Below are positions 20,808 through 29,291 of a DNA stretch of 39,449 bases, piece by piece; positions within the stretch are counted from its first letter, which is position 1, and every line of letters starts with the position of its first letter. A program made the position numbers and the translations under genes. This DNA comes from a virus. The DNA is taken from the IMG/VR virus record IMGVR_UViG_3300045988_065902, one strand, 5' to 3'. The notes beneath the pieces are model-generated. The model did no database searches, was not told the origin of the DNA, and saw only the letters and a list, made by a program, of their open reading frames with translations.

Positions 20808-22587
20808 CGTACGCATACGAGCCGTGCGGCCGAATGCAGGGCTTCGGAAGGCGTACGCGGGCAAACTGCGCTCGCTCGTGCGTCAGATGGCGCAGGACGT
20901 CGCCAAAGAACTTGAGGGGCTGTATCGCAAGGTCGAGCCGCGGATTGCGAAAGACGCTAAGGCTGAGTCCCCTGCCGAGCGCTTGCAAAAGATCATTGAC
21001 CGGATGCGGAAGAAGTGGGAAGAAAGCACGCGCGACTTTGCCGAAGACACAGCGGATTGGTTTGTCCGGAAGACGCGGGACCACGTCGACCGGGCGCAGA
21101 ACTCAGCGCTACGGGCCTCGGGGTTTGATGCCTTCGACCTGCGTTTTGACAAGGGGCAGATTTCGCAAGACGCTTTTGACGCACTTGTGAACGCCAATAC
21201 GTCGCTCATTAAGTCCATCAGCTCCCGATATCTTCAGGAAGTCGAGGGGCTTGTCATGCGTGCCGTGACCGATGGGCGAGACGTAGCGGGGCTTAAGTCC
21301 GAGCTATCCAAGCGCTACGACATCACTCAGCGCCGTGCCGACCTCATTGCCCGCGATCAGTGCAATAAGGCGACCGAAGCCCTGTGCCGCGCGAATGATT
21401 TAGAGGTTGGTGTAGAGCAGGGCGAATGGATTCACGTACCAGGCAAGCACACGAGCCGCGAGACACACAAGGCGATGGACGGCAAAAAGTTCGACCTAAA
21501 AAAAGGACTTTACGACCGCGATGTTGGGCGCTACGTCCTCCCCGGGGAATTGCCGGCCTGTTTTGTTGGGGAATCAAAGCTTAACGATCTTCCATTCCCA
21601 ATGAAGCTGTATCGGCGTCTCTACACGGGAAAATTGGCCGAGTTCATTACGGACGACGGCACAGTGTGTAGTGCGACACCGAATCACCCAGTACTCACGC
21701 TTAAAGGGTGGAAGCCCGCGCGCCTTCTCGACAAGGGAGATTATTTGATCCATAAAAAGCGGACAGATTGCTCCCTCATCAAAGAACTCAACGCAGATTG
21801 GGTTGTACCCACATTCGAGGAGCTTTTTGATGCGCTTGTTCTCGACGGCGTTCCCGCCTCGGTATCTGAGGGTTCCGCAGGTCAATTCCACGGCGACGGG
21901 TCCGACGGCAAAGTCGACGTTATAGACGTCTACGGCCTTCTGACGAACGAAGTCAATGCCGAGCTGAGTCAGGTATGTGGCAAATTCGGCCTCTCCTTTG
22001 CCGAAGCGGCCGACTTTGCCCGTTTGCTCTCGGGATTGCGCCCATCGGACGCGTTCATCGTGCGGGTGAGTAATTCCGGTGACGGCAAGATTGGCGGCCT
22101 TTGTGATCGCTTTTCGAGCTTCTTCAGAAGCTTGAGCAAAACGCAAAAGCTGTGCTTCTTGAATCCCGCGAATTTTGACCCCAGCTCTTTCGAGCCTTCG
22201 CCGGATGGCTTGACGGCCAACGTTGAAATGTTTGGCAATAGCCTGCTCGGATTGTCCGCTTTGGTACATGGTGATGATTTCATCCTCGGGCAGCTGGATG
22301 CGATCGCCCGTGCGGCGGTAAACGGGGATTTCTATTCCTCTCTTCCGAAGGTGCTTGCTGATGATGTCGGCGGAAAACCCGATCTCTTTTGCGATTTGAA
22401 TGAGGCGCTTGCCTTCGGATACGGCCTTAGCCGCGTGAGCGAAGTGCGATTCCGTGAATTTTTTGGACATGTGTACAACCTCCAAACTCAGGTTAATTGG
22501 TACATTGTAAATAATACCGTGGTTCACAATTGCCAGTGTACGTATCGTCCAATATTGAGTAGGAAGCTATGGAAAAAGAACTCTTAG
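20776..22587 (+). CDS. Head morphogenesis protein (Mu F / SPP1 gp7-like) precursor interrupted by an intein; the spliced product would be 279 aa
   Basis: WIHVPGKHTSRETHKAMDGKKF...LPGELPA|intein|CQCTYRPI reconstitutes the Mu F-family C-terminal PG....C.C...P motif. GGAGGAG precedes the ATG. Confidence 0.8.
   Translation: MTSTRRAPSTDVRIRAVRPNAGLRKAYAGKLRSLVRQMAQDVAKELEGLYRKVEPRIAKDAKAESPAERLQKIIDRMRKKWEESTRDFAEDTADWFVRKTRDHVDRAQNSALRASGFDAFDLRFDKGQISQDAFDALVNANTSLIKSISSRYLQEVEGLVMRAVTDGRDVAGLKSELSKRYDITQRRADLIARDQCNKATEALCRANDLEVGVEQGEWIHVPGKHTSRETHKAMDGKKFDLKKGLYDRDVGRYVLPGELPACFVGESKLNDLPFPMKLYRRLYTGKLAEFITDDGTVCSATPNHPVLTLKGWKPARLLDKGDYLIHKKRTDCSLIKELNADWVVPTFEELFDALVLDGVPASVSEGSAGQFHGDGSDGKVDVIDVYGLLTNEVNAELSQVCGKFGLSFAEAADFARLLSGLRPSDAFIVRVSNSGDGKIGGLCDRFSSFFRSLSKTQKLCFLNPANFDPSSFEPSPDGLTANVEMFGNSLLGLSALVHGDDFILGQLDAIARAAVNGDFYSSLPKVLADDVGGKPDLFCDLNEALAFGYGLSRVSEVRFREFFGHVYNLQTQVNWYIVNNTVVHNCQCTYRPILSRKLWKKNS
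21559..22530 (+). mobile_element. Intein 2 (324 aa) in the MuF-like gene
   Basis: Starts CFVGESKL (block A). Block B is SATPNHPVLTLKGWKPARLLDKGD. The C-terminus is GHVYNLQTQVNWYIVNNTVVHN followed by the +1 Cys (22531). I see no LAGLIDADG, HNH or GIY-YIG motif in the sense frame. Confidence 0.8.
21574..22470 (-). CDS. HTH + Vsr/DUF559-like PD-(D/E)xK endonuclease (298 aa), antisense and codon-aligned inside intein 2
   Basis: GGAGG lies 8 nt before the ATG at 22470 (MSKKFTESHF). Two HTH units are present (LIQIAKEIGFSADIISKHLRKRGI; SEQAIAKHFNVGRQAIRRRLERAGV), followed by GEAEFATYLTQLGIDFVRQKAVDVYNVDFAVGPVAVELTCG...NKRIKKLLECGYNPICV. Confidence 0.7.
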   Translation of the reverse strand: MSKKFTESHFAHAAKAVSEGKRLIQIAKEIGFSADIISKHLRKRGIEIPVYRRTGDRIQLPEDEIITMYQSGQSEQAIAKHFNVGRQAIRRRLERAGVKIRGIQEAQLLRFAQASEEARKAITKAANLAVTGITHPHDERVRWAQSREQTGKVGRFGKGEAEFATYLTQLGIDFVRQKAVDVYNVDFAVGPVAVELTCGTLRYRGGNAVENKRIKKLLECGYNPICVEFFDEGAICPLFMDQIISLVEKARGLPPFKREYWVIRCRTTHCAVVRNELGQFSRVETPIQLHWEWKIVKL

Positions 22588-23729
22588 CGCTTGATGAGAA
22601 GGTTGTTATGGAGTCGGCGCGGACGCGCGACAAGAACGGCTTTTTGCAGGTCAAGACATCGAATTTAACGCGCGACCACGTGGCGCCTTACTACGGGCGC
22701 GAGATTCCCGGATGGGAAGAGCGGCAGTTAGACCCGGACCGGATTTATTACGGCTGGCGCAACCCAGACGAGCTTAAGGCGGCACTCGCGACATTCAACG
22801 GCGTTCCGCTTTTAATCGAGCACAAGTTTGACAGCGCCGAGCACCCTAATAAGGAGTTACGCGTCGGCACCGTCGGCACTAGCGCGAAGTGGGAGCCGCC
22901 ATACATTACCAACGCGCTCAGCGTATGGGATGAAAAAGCAATTTCTGCGATTGAGGACGGCACATTGCGTGACCTCAGTTGCGGATACAGATATAAGCCC
23001 GATTTCACGCCCGGGGAGACTCCGGACGGGCTTGCCTATGACTTCGTGATGCGCGAGCTCGCTTGCAATCACGTGGCACTTGTTCACGAGGGTAGAGCTC
23101 CCTACTGTTATGTCTCTGACGAAAAACCGAGAGGAATCACGATGAGTGAAGAAACAAAGGTTGATGGGGCGTGTGACGACTTCACGGAGTTTGCACGCAA
23201 GACTATCGACGAGTCAGGCGTTGAGCTGACGCCCGAGCAGAAGGACGCACTTGTGCGCGCTTTTGCAGAATCTCACGCGAAGTTCGAAGAAAGCAAAGCC
23301 GATGAGGCCGAGCAGGAAACCGAAGGCACGCGAGACGAAGAGCCCGCCAAGCCCGAAGGCGCCGAAGACGCTGACGAGCCCAAGGACGAGGCCAAAGCCG
23401 AAGACGAAGACGCGGGCGAAGCCAAGCCCGAAGGCGGCGCCATGGACGCGGCCATGATTGCCAAGACGGTGCGCGGGCAGTTGTCTGCACAGTACCGCGC
23501 GGCGACCGATGTCAAGTCCGTGCTTGGCAACGTCGACCCGATGGCTTACGACAGCGCCGACGCGATCTATCTCGACGCCGTCAAGGCGATGGGCGTCAAG
23601 AACGTCCCGGCGAGCGCCGCCAAACACGTCTTTGCCGCTTTGCAGTCGGTCAAGACCGCCGCCCCGAGCGGCGCAATGGATTCGGCGCCCAAGAGCGACG
23701 AAGATTTTTTGAAGCAGTTCATTCGATAA
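22569..23729 (+). CDS. Prohead protease/scaffold-like protein (DUF2213-like N-domain with an acidic scaffold-like C-half)
   Basis: RTRDKNGFLQV...SNLTRDHVAPYYGREIP...YYGWRNPDELKAALATFNGVPLLIEHK resembles DUF2213. A long Glu/Asp/Ala/Lys-rich linker follows. Confidence 0.55.
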   Translation: MEKELLALDEKVVMESARTRDKNGFLQVKTSNLTRDHVAPYYGREIPGWEERQLDPDRIYYGWRNPDELKAALATFNGVPLLIEHKFDSAEHPNKELRVGTVGTSAKWEPPYITNALSVWDEKAISAIEDGTLRDLSCGYRYKPDFTPGETPDGLAYDFVMRELACNHVALVHEGRAPYCYVSDEKPRGITMSEETKVDGACDDFTEFARKTIDESGVELTPEQKDALVRAFAESHAKFEESKADEAEQETEGTRDEEPAKPEGAEDADEPKDEAKAEDEDAGEAKPEGGAMDAAMIAKTVRGQLSAQYRAATDVKSVLGNVDPMAYDSADAIYLDAVKAMGVKNVPASAAKHVFAALQSVKTAAPSGAMDSAPKSDEDFLKQFIR

Positions 23730-23741
23730 GGAGATGGGCAA

Positions 23742-24257
23742 ATGGCTCTCCAGTCCAAAGTAAATGTGGGGCTCGCCCCCGCGATTGCGGGTATGCCCGC
23801 TAGCGTTGTTGAGACGCACTACACGGCGCAGACTTATCAGGCCGCCTCTGATCTGACGGTTGGTAATTTCTGCTTTGCCGACGCTACTGCCGGAGGAACG
23901 AAGGTCAACAAGGCCGGTACCGGCATCCTGCGCGGCATCGTCGTTTACACCCGCCAGTACATCACGGGTGAAGTGACTGCCGCTAACGCGATGGTCATTC
24001 CTAAGGGTGGGTTTGCACAGATCGCCACGAACGGCAAGTTTTGGGTTGTCGCGCAGAACGCTAGCGCCAAGGTGGGCGATTACGTGCTCGCCTCTCAGAC
24101 TGACGGCTCTGTAACGACGCAGACGGGCGCCGCCAAGAAGGACGGCTACACGATGACGAATTTCGTCGTTGAGAATGTGCTGGGCACGGAAGCGAAGTCC
24201 CTTGTGCTGATCAGCAACCAGCAGCCCAATGTCGTGCCTCCGATGGCTACGGCTTAA
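23742..24257 (+). CDS. Putative head decoration/cement-like protein
   Basis: 171-aa ORF immediately before the major capsid gene. The assignment rests on position and size only. Confidence 0.35.
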   Translation: MALQSKVNVGLAPAIAGMPASVVETHYTAQTYQAASDLTVGNFCFADATAGGTKVNKAGTGILRGIVVYTRQYITGEVTAANAMVIPKGGFAQIATNGKFWVVAQNASAKVGDYVLASQTDGSVTTQTGAAKKDGYTMTNFVVENVLGTEAKSLVLISNQQPNVVPPMATA

Positions 24258-24281
24258 TCTTTTTTGAAAGGTGGATTAGAA

Positions 24282-25304
24282 ATGGCACGAAGTGAAACCA
24301 TGGAGCGCCTTGGCTTTGACCTGTGCAAAGGCAACGGGCGTTTTCTTCCGACTCAGAACGGCACTGCCGATATCGCGATGGACGCTGCTTTGCAGACCGT
24401 CGCCAACGTGCAGACCCCTGCTCTGTTTGCAACCTACTATAGCCCTGAGATTGTCGAAATCCTTCAGGCTCCCCGCAACTCGACGGAGATTTTCTCCGAA
24501 GAAAAGCGCGGCGACTGGAAGGACGTTCAGACGATGTTCCCGGCTGTCGAATACGTTGGTCAGACGACGGCATACAGCGACTACGGTCGTGGCCTGCTGT
24601 CTGAAGCCAACATTGAGCAGGTGACTCGCGAAACCTACAAGTTCCAGACCTTTATTCAGATCGGCGACTTGGAAGAAGATATCGCGACGGCTCAGAAGAT
24701 CAATTTGCTGTCTGAAAAACAGCGCGCCGCGGCAACCGCGATCGAAATCGACGCCAACAATTACAACCTGTTTGGCGTCGCCGGTATGTCCATCTATGGC
24801 CTTCTGAACGATCCGGCACTGCCTGCCGCCCTGTCGCCCGCTGCCGTCGATACTAAAACGGCATGGGCCGACAAGGATGCGAACGCGATTTATAACGACA
24901 TCCTTTCGATGTTCAATCAGATCGCCGCCGCGTCCAATGGCTACGTGAGCTTTAACAGCAAGCTGAAACTGGTGGTGCCGCCGTCCATCATGGGACAGTT
25001 GGCCAAAACGACGACCCTCGGCGTCGCGCCCGTTCTTCAGACTCTTAAGGGCTTCTTCCCGGGCCTTGAGATCATCTCGCTCCCGCAGCTTCAGGATGAC
25101 ACGGGCGTTTGCAAAGCCATGCTGATCGCGACGGAAATCGCAGGACGGCCTACGGCTAAATTCGGCTTCCTCGAAAAACTGAAGACCTATCCGGTTCTCG
25201 TCGAGCACTCTTCCATGTCTCAGAAGTGGGCATCGTCCACTACCGGCTGTCTGTTGTTCCGTCCGTTCGCTGTTGCGACGATGACGGGTATTCAGAAGTC
25301 GTAA
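24282..25304 (+). CDS. Major capsid protein
   Basis: AGGTGG lies 6 nt before the ATG at 24282. It is a 340-aa ORF in the capsid position and is followed by stem-loops. The family (DUF2184-like) is recalled from memory, not searched. Confidence 0.7.
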   Translation: MARSETMERLGFDLCKGNGRFLPTQNGTADIAMDAALQTVANVQTPALFATYYSPEIVEILQAPRNSTEIFSEEKRGDWKDVQTMFPAVEYVGQTTAYSDYGRGLLSEANIEQVTRETYKFQTFIQIGDLEEDIATAQKINLLSEKQRAAATAIEIDANNYNLFGVAGMSIYGLLNDPALPAALSPAAVDTKTAWADKDANAIYNDILSMFNQIAAASNGYVSFNSKLKLVVPPSIMGQLAKTTTLGVAPVLQTLKGFFPGLEIISLPQLQDDTGVCKAMLIATEIAGRPTAKFGFLEKLKTYPVLVEHSSMSQKWASSTTGCLLFRPFAVATMTGIQKS

Positions 25305-25310
25305 TAACCT

Positions 25311-25380
25311 GATCATTTTGACAATGCTGTCAAGTTGATCATGCCCCGGGGAGGGCTGGCGCTCTCCCCGTTCAATATTT
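25311..25380 (+). terminator. Two stem-loops downstream of the capsid gene (attenuator or RNA-stability element)
   Basis: An 11/13 inverted repeat gatcattttgaca-atgc-tgtcaagttgatc (25311-25340) and CGGGGAG-10 nt-CTCCCCG (25347-25370) followed by ttcaatattt. Confidence 0.35.
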
Positions 25381-25395
25381 AAGGAAACAGAAAAA

Positions 25396-25833
25396 ATGGC
25401 CAATCAGGAAACTAAAGTGAAGCGTGCCCCGAGCGCTCCGAAAGTCAAGGTAATCAGCGAAGACGGCGCCACGGTGAGCGTCGGCAACACTGCCAAGACG
25501 TCGGATACGGTCACGATCCTTTTCCGCTCCCGCATCTCTCAGAAGTTCACGCTGAGTAACGGCAAGAGCGTCACCATCAACGGCAACGGCGTATATCTTG
25601 CGAACGCCTCGGGCGGCGCACTGCCTGCCGGTGGGTACGGCGTGACGGTTGTCGACCGCGCTTTATGGGAGCAGGTGAAGGCCGAACTCGGTCAGGCTTA
25701 TGGCCCGTGGTTCGCATCCGGTCGCATCAAGGAAAAGAAGAGCGAGGCGCAGGGCTTGAATTTCGCGATTGACCACGCCGACGAAAAGACGGGCGACGAC
25801 CCGATGCCTCAAAAGAATTCAACGAAGGAATAA
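25396..25833 (+). CDS. Hypothetical virion-module protein, 145 aa
   Basis: AAGGAAA precedes the ATG. The ORF lies within the head module. Confidence 0.55.
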   Translation: MANQETKVKRAPSAPKVKVISEDGATVSVGNTAKTSDTVTILFRSRISQKFTLSNGKSVTINGNGVYLANASGGALPAGGYGVTVVDRALWEQVKAELGQAYGPWFASGRIKEKKSEAQGLNFAIDHADEKTGDDPMPQKNSTKE

Positions 25834-25838
25834 CGCCA

Positions 25839-26270
25839 ATGACTGCCGTCGTGTTCGATCCCGAGACCTTCCGAAAGGTATACCCCGCATTTTCCGACAT
25901 CACGCGCTTTACTGATGAGATGTTAGAAGCATGCTTTGATCAGGCGGCGGAGCTGATCGGCAACGACGACGACAGCGCGATTCCTTACGATCCCGACGCA
26001 CAGCCGCCCATAAAAACGCGGGCGGTTGTTCTCACCCTCCTGACCTGCCACATTGCCACGCAGTCCTACATTTGGGGCGATCAGCAGGCCGGTCCTTTGC
26101 AGACTGCTGGCGAAGGCTCCGTGAGTGCCGGGTTTGGCGGCATGGTAGATGCTTCCAATCCCGCGTGGTGGAACTCAACGAAGTGCGGCGCGCAAGCGTG
26201 GGTGATTCTCAAGCGCTACGCACAAGGGCCGCTCTATTTTGGCGTCCAGCATATCTACATGGGTGGTTAA
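25839..26270 (+). CDS. Head-tail adaptor candidate (DUF4054-like)
   Basis: N-terminus FDPETFRKVYPAFSD...MLEACFDQAAELI and LLTCHIAT resemble DUF4054-type connector proteins. Confidence 0.4.
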   Translation: MTAVVFDPETFRKVYPAFSDITRFTDEMLEACFDQAAELIGNDDDSAIPYDPDAQPPIKTRAVVLTLLTCHIATQSYIWGDQQAGPLQTAGEGSVSAGFGGMVDASNPAWWNSTKCGAQAWVILKRYAQGPLYFGVQHIYMGG

Positions 26271-26735
26271 ATGCGCGTCAAGGTCGTCTACTCGAAGGGC
26301 GGTTTGAAAGAGCTGGCGAAGGCCGCTCAGAAAGCCAAACTCGAAGCTGTGGCGGGGGTGCTTCGCGGCGCCACGAACTCCGACACAGGCGAGAGCGTGG
26401 CCGCCTATGGGCTGGCGCTTGAATACGGCACATCAAAGATGCCTGCGCGTCCCTTCCTTCGGCAAACGGTCGAAGGACACAAAACGGAATGGCGCGAACA
26501 GCTCGCCACGGGCGTGAAGCGCCTGGGCCTAAGACGAGCCGAAGAAGTGTTAGGCGTCGTCGGCCGCGTGATGCGTGCGGATATCATCGCAACGATTAAG
26601 CGCGGGGACTTCGAGCCGCTTTCGCCCGAGACGATTGAAGCCAAGGAGCGCAAGCGCAGGGAGAACCCGGCGGCGCCCTTGATTGACACAACATCCTTGA
26701 TCAGGTCGATTAGCAGCGAGGTTCGGAACAAATGA
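26271..26735 (+). CDS. HK97 gp10-like head-tail joining / neck protein
   Basis: The LEYGTSKMPARPFLRQT motif is typical of the HK97 gp10 family. Confidence 0.55.
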   Translation: MRVKVVYSKGGLKELAKAAQKAKLEAVAGVLRGATNSDTGESVAAYGLALEYGTSKMPARPFLRQTVEGHKTEWREQLATGVKRLGLRRAEEVLGVVGRVMRADIIATIKRGDFEPLSPETIEAKERKRRENPAAPLIDTTSLIRSISSEVRNK

Positions 26736-27172
26736 ATTTACACGCCGTGGTGCGGGGCGCGATTAACGCCGTTGCCCGCGATCTACCCGCCGAGCTTTAC
26801 ACGATGACGGGGGAGCAGGAGCGCGGTGAGCGCGGCGACTTACTCCCCGTGTTCGCTGGGCCGGTGCCGGTGCTTGGCCAATGGCAGAGCATCAAGCCCG
26901 ACGAGATCATTAAGACCGAGCGCATCAATGAGGCGACAACCGTCCGCAGGGTATACCTTCGCGCGACGGATGACGCTTCTTCGCGCCCGTGGGCGTCGTG
27001 GCGCCCGCTCGGACGGTCAGGGGATTTACTCAAGGACGACCGCGGAGCCTTTTGGCTGGTCGATGCCGTGATTGAGGATTTCACGCACGAGGGATGGGCT
27101 TGCGTGCAGGCCGTTTTGCAGACGGTGCCGCCGCGCTTCAAAGTAAAGGAGCCAACCGATGGCGGCAGTTAA
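26732..27172 (+). CDS. Hypothetical neck/head-closure protein
   Basis: ATGA-coupled ORF in the neck module. Confidence 0.45.
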   Translation: MNLHAVVRGAINAVARDLPAELYTMTGEQERGERGDLLPVFAGPVPVLGQWQSIKPDEIIKTERINEATTVRRVYLRATDDASSRPWASWRPLGRSGDLLKDDRGAFWLVDAVIEDFTHEGWACVQAVLQTVPPRFKVKEPTDGGS

Positions 27173-27710
27173 AGACATATCGCAGGCCGACATACTGAAC
27201 GCGTGCATTAAGTTCTGCTACAACTTCGCGGCCCCGACCCTCACTGACGAGATGCACGTTCTTGACGGCTTCGGCAACAATAGAACGCTCCCGAAGGACG
27301 GCAATGATTTCTGTATTGTCACCCCGATTCGCCAGTCCCGAAGCGGCTCAAACATTGAGAGCTGGAAGCCTGACGGCGAGGAGGTGATGGAGCTTGCCGA
27401 GTACGTCAATCTAGACATTCAAATCGACGTCTATTCGACGAACATATTCGACGCATTGGAGCGTGCGCAGACCTATGAAACGGTCGCGCGTTCTGATTTC
27501 GGCGTGCAACACTTCTTAGCGTTCGGCATTGACTGTTTATTTGCCGAAGACGTTCAGAACCTGACCGCCGTAATGGATTCCAAACAGTACGTGAGCCGTT
27601 GGACTCTCGTTCTGCACTTGGGCTATTGGAAGCGCGTGAAACTCGCGCAGGATTTTTTCAAAACCGCAATTGTCGATGTGATAAACGTCGACACGAAATA
27701 CAAACCATGA
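27159..27710 (+). CDS. Hypothetical tail-terminator/neck candidate
   Basis: ORF immediately before the sheath gene. The assignment rests on position only. Confidence 0.4.
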   Translation: MAAVKDISQADILNACIKFCYNFAAPTLTDEMHVLDGFGNNRTLPKDGNDFCIVTPIRQSRSGSNIESWKPDGEEVMELAEYVNLDIQIDVYSTNIFDALERAQTYETVARSDFGVQHFLAFGIDCLFAEDVQNLTAVMDSKQYVSRWTLVLHLGYWKRVKLAQDFFKTAIVDVINVDTKYKP

Positions 27711-27718
27711 GGTAAAAA

Positions 27719-29221
27719 ATGACAATTCCAGCTGGTTATCTTGTCGCGATCTCGCCGCGCACCATCAGCGCGGGCGCTTCCGATCTTGAAACGAACGGCA
27801 TGGTGCTCACGAAGAGCGCACTGCTCCCGACCGGAGCCCCGGCCGTCGCCTTCGCCTCGGCCTCCGCTGTATCCGATTTCTTCGGTCCGGACTCCGACGA
27901 AGCTCGCTTTGCTCAGCAGTACTTCACGGGCCTGACGAATCAGCAGAAGGCACCGACTGCGCTCGTGATCGGGCGCCGCATCAATGAAGATTGTGCCGCG
28001 TGGATTCGAGGCGCCAGAGTTTCCGCCGACTTGGCCGCATTCAAGGCCATCAAGGACGGCACCATGAAGCTCACGATTGACGGCGCGGAAAAGACCGCCG
28101 CAAAGGTTGACCTCTCGGGCGCCACGTCTCTCTCGGATGTCGCCACGAAGATTGCGACGGCCCTGACCGGTTGCACGGGCTCTTACGATTCGAACACGCA
28201 GACATTTACGTTCACATCGACGACGAAGGGCGCCACGTCTACTGTGGGCTATGCCTCTGCGGGAGAAGGTGGCACGGACCTCTCTGCGAAACTCAACCTG
28301 ACGCAGGCCGCGGGTGCCGTCCTTTCTCAGGGCGCAGCGGCTCAGACCGAAGCGGCTACGCTTGATGCCGTCCGCTCCGTTACGTCCAACTGGGCGCAGT
28401 TCACGACCTTGTGGGAAGTCACTGACAAGGCAGAGGCCGAAGCCTATGCCGCGTGGGCCGATATCGAAGACGATTTTGTGTATGTCTTCTGGTCGAGTGA
28501 CACGAAGATGACGAGCACGCTGACGCAGGAATCGACTATCGCCTACGCGATGAAGGATCGCTATAACTGCACCTTCCCGATCTATGCTCAGGACTACGTT
28601 ACGGCGGCTTTTGCCGTGGCCTACCCGGCTACGATCAAGTGGGATGCGACGCAGGGCATGAAGGTCATTTTTGGCAAGACGGCGAGCGGCCTGACGCCGA
28701 CGGTGACGACCGAGCAGGAAGCTCAGGCGCTTGACGCTCTCGCCGTCTCTTACATCGGCCAGTTTGCCACGCGTAATGATCAGTTCCAGTTCACGAACCG
28801 CGGCGCCCTTTGCAACCCGGCCATGTACGGGTTCTATGACACGCTGATTGGCTCGATTTGGCTTCGCTCCAAATTGCAGACCTCGATTATGAAGGGCTTC
28901 GCTACGGTCAACCGTGCGCCCTACAATGCGACGGGCTTCACGATGCTCAAATCGTGGTGCCAAGACCCGATCACGCAGGCATTGAATGCGGGCGTCATTG
29001 ACGCGGGCATTAGCCTTAGCGACAGTCAGAAAGCGCAGATCATGCAGGAAACGGGCAACGAAGAGGCACCGCGCGAACTGCAAAGCAAGGGATATTTCTT
29101 GCAGGTGCTCGATCCGGGCGCGTCCGTTCGCGCTCAGCGCGGTGCCCCGATCTCGCAACTTTATTACGCTTACAGCGGAAGTATCGCCCGCGTCTCCCTT
29201 CCTGTAACGGCAGTGTTATAG
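27719..29221 (+). CDS. Contractile tail sheath protein (DUF3383-like)
   Basis: 500-aa ORF preceding the tube, chaperone and tape-measure genes. The N-terminus MTIPAGYLVAISPRTISAG... resembles the DUF3383 sheath family. Confidence 0.65.
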   Translation: MTIPAGYLVAISPRTISAGASDLETNGMVLTKSALLPTGAPAVAFASASAVSDFFGPDSDEARFAQQYFTGLTNQQKAPTALVIGRRINEDCAAWIRGARVSADLAAFKAIKDGTMKLTIDGAEKTAAKVDLSGATSLSDVATKIATALTGCTGSYDSNTQTFTFTSTTKGATSTVGYASAGEGGTDLSAKLNLTQAAGAVLSQGAAAQTEAATLDAVRSVTSNWAQFTTLWEVTDKAEAEAYAAWADIEDDFVYVFWSSDTKMTSTLTQESTIAYAMKDRYNCTFPIYAQDYVTAAFAVAYPATIKWDATQGMKVIFGKTASGLTPTVTTEQEAQALDALAVSYIGQFATRNDQFQFTNRGALCNPAMYGFYDTLIGSIWLRSKLQTSIMKGFATVNRAPYNATGFTMLKSWCQDPITQALNAGVIDAGISLSDSQKAQIMQETGNEEAPRELQSKGYFLQVLDPGASVRAQRGAPISQLYYAYSGSIARVSLPVTAVL

Positions 29222-29255
29222 ACAGCCGGTAACCGCAGTCCTGTAAATGTCACGT

Positions 29256-29279
29256 GGCCGCTTTTCGGAGCGGCCTTTT
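29256..29279 (+). terminator. Terminator/attenuator after the sheath gene
   Basis: GGCCGCT-tttcgg-AGCGGCC followed by TTTT. Confidence 0.6.
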
Positions 29280-29291
29280 AGGAGCATATAA

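Noticed and set aside
21969-22283. A 104-aa minus-strand ORF in a second antisense frame inside intein 2.
   Set aside because: It overlaps the better-supported 21574..22470 antisense gene in another frame. It has no SD and no motifs.
27623-29158. 511-aa minus-strand ORF covering the sheath gene; similar cases are 24276..25403 over the capsid gene, 30893..31981 over the tape measure gene, and 17681..18232 over terL.
   Set aside because: These are shadow ORFs. The sheath and capsid cases are codon-aligned with the real gene. Their products are Arg-rich and low in complexity, and they have no SD. They exist because the sense genes avoid TTA/CTA/TCA. This same property tempers, but does not remove, the significance of the open sense frame over the antisense endonuclease gene in intein 2.
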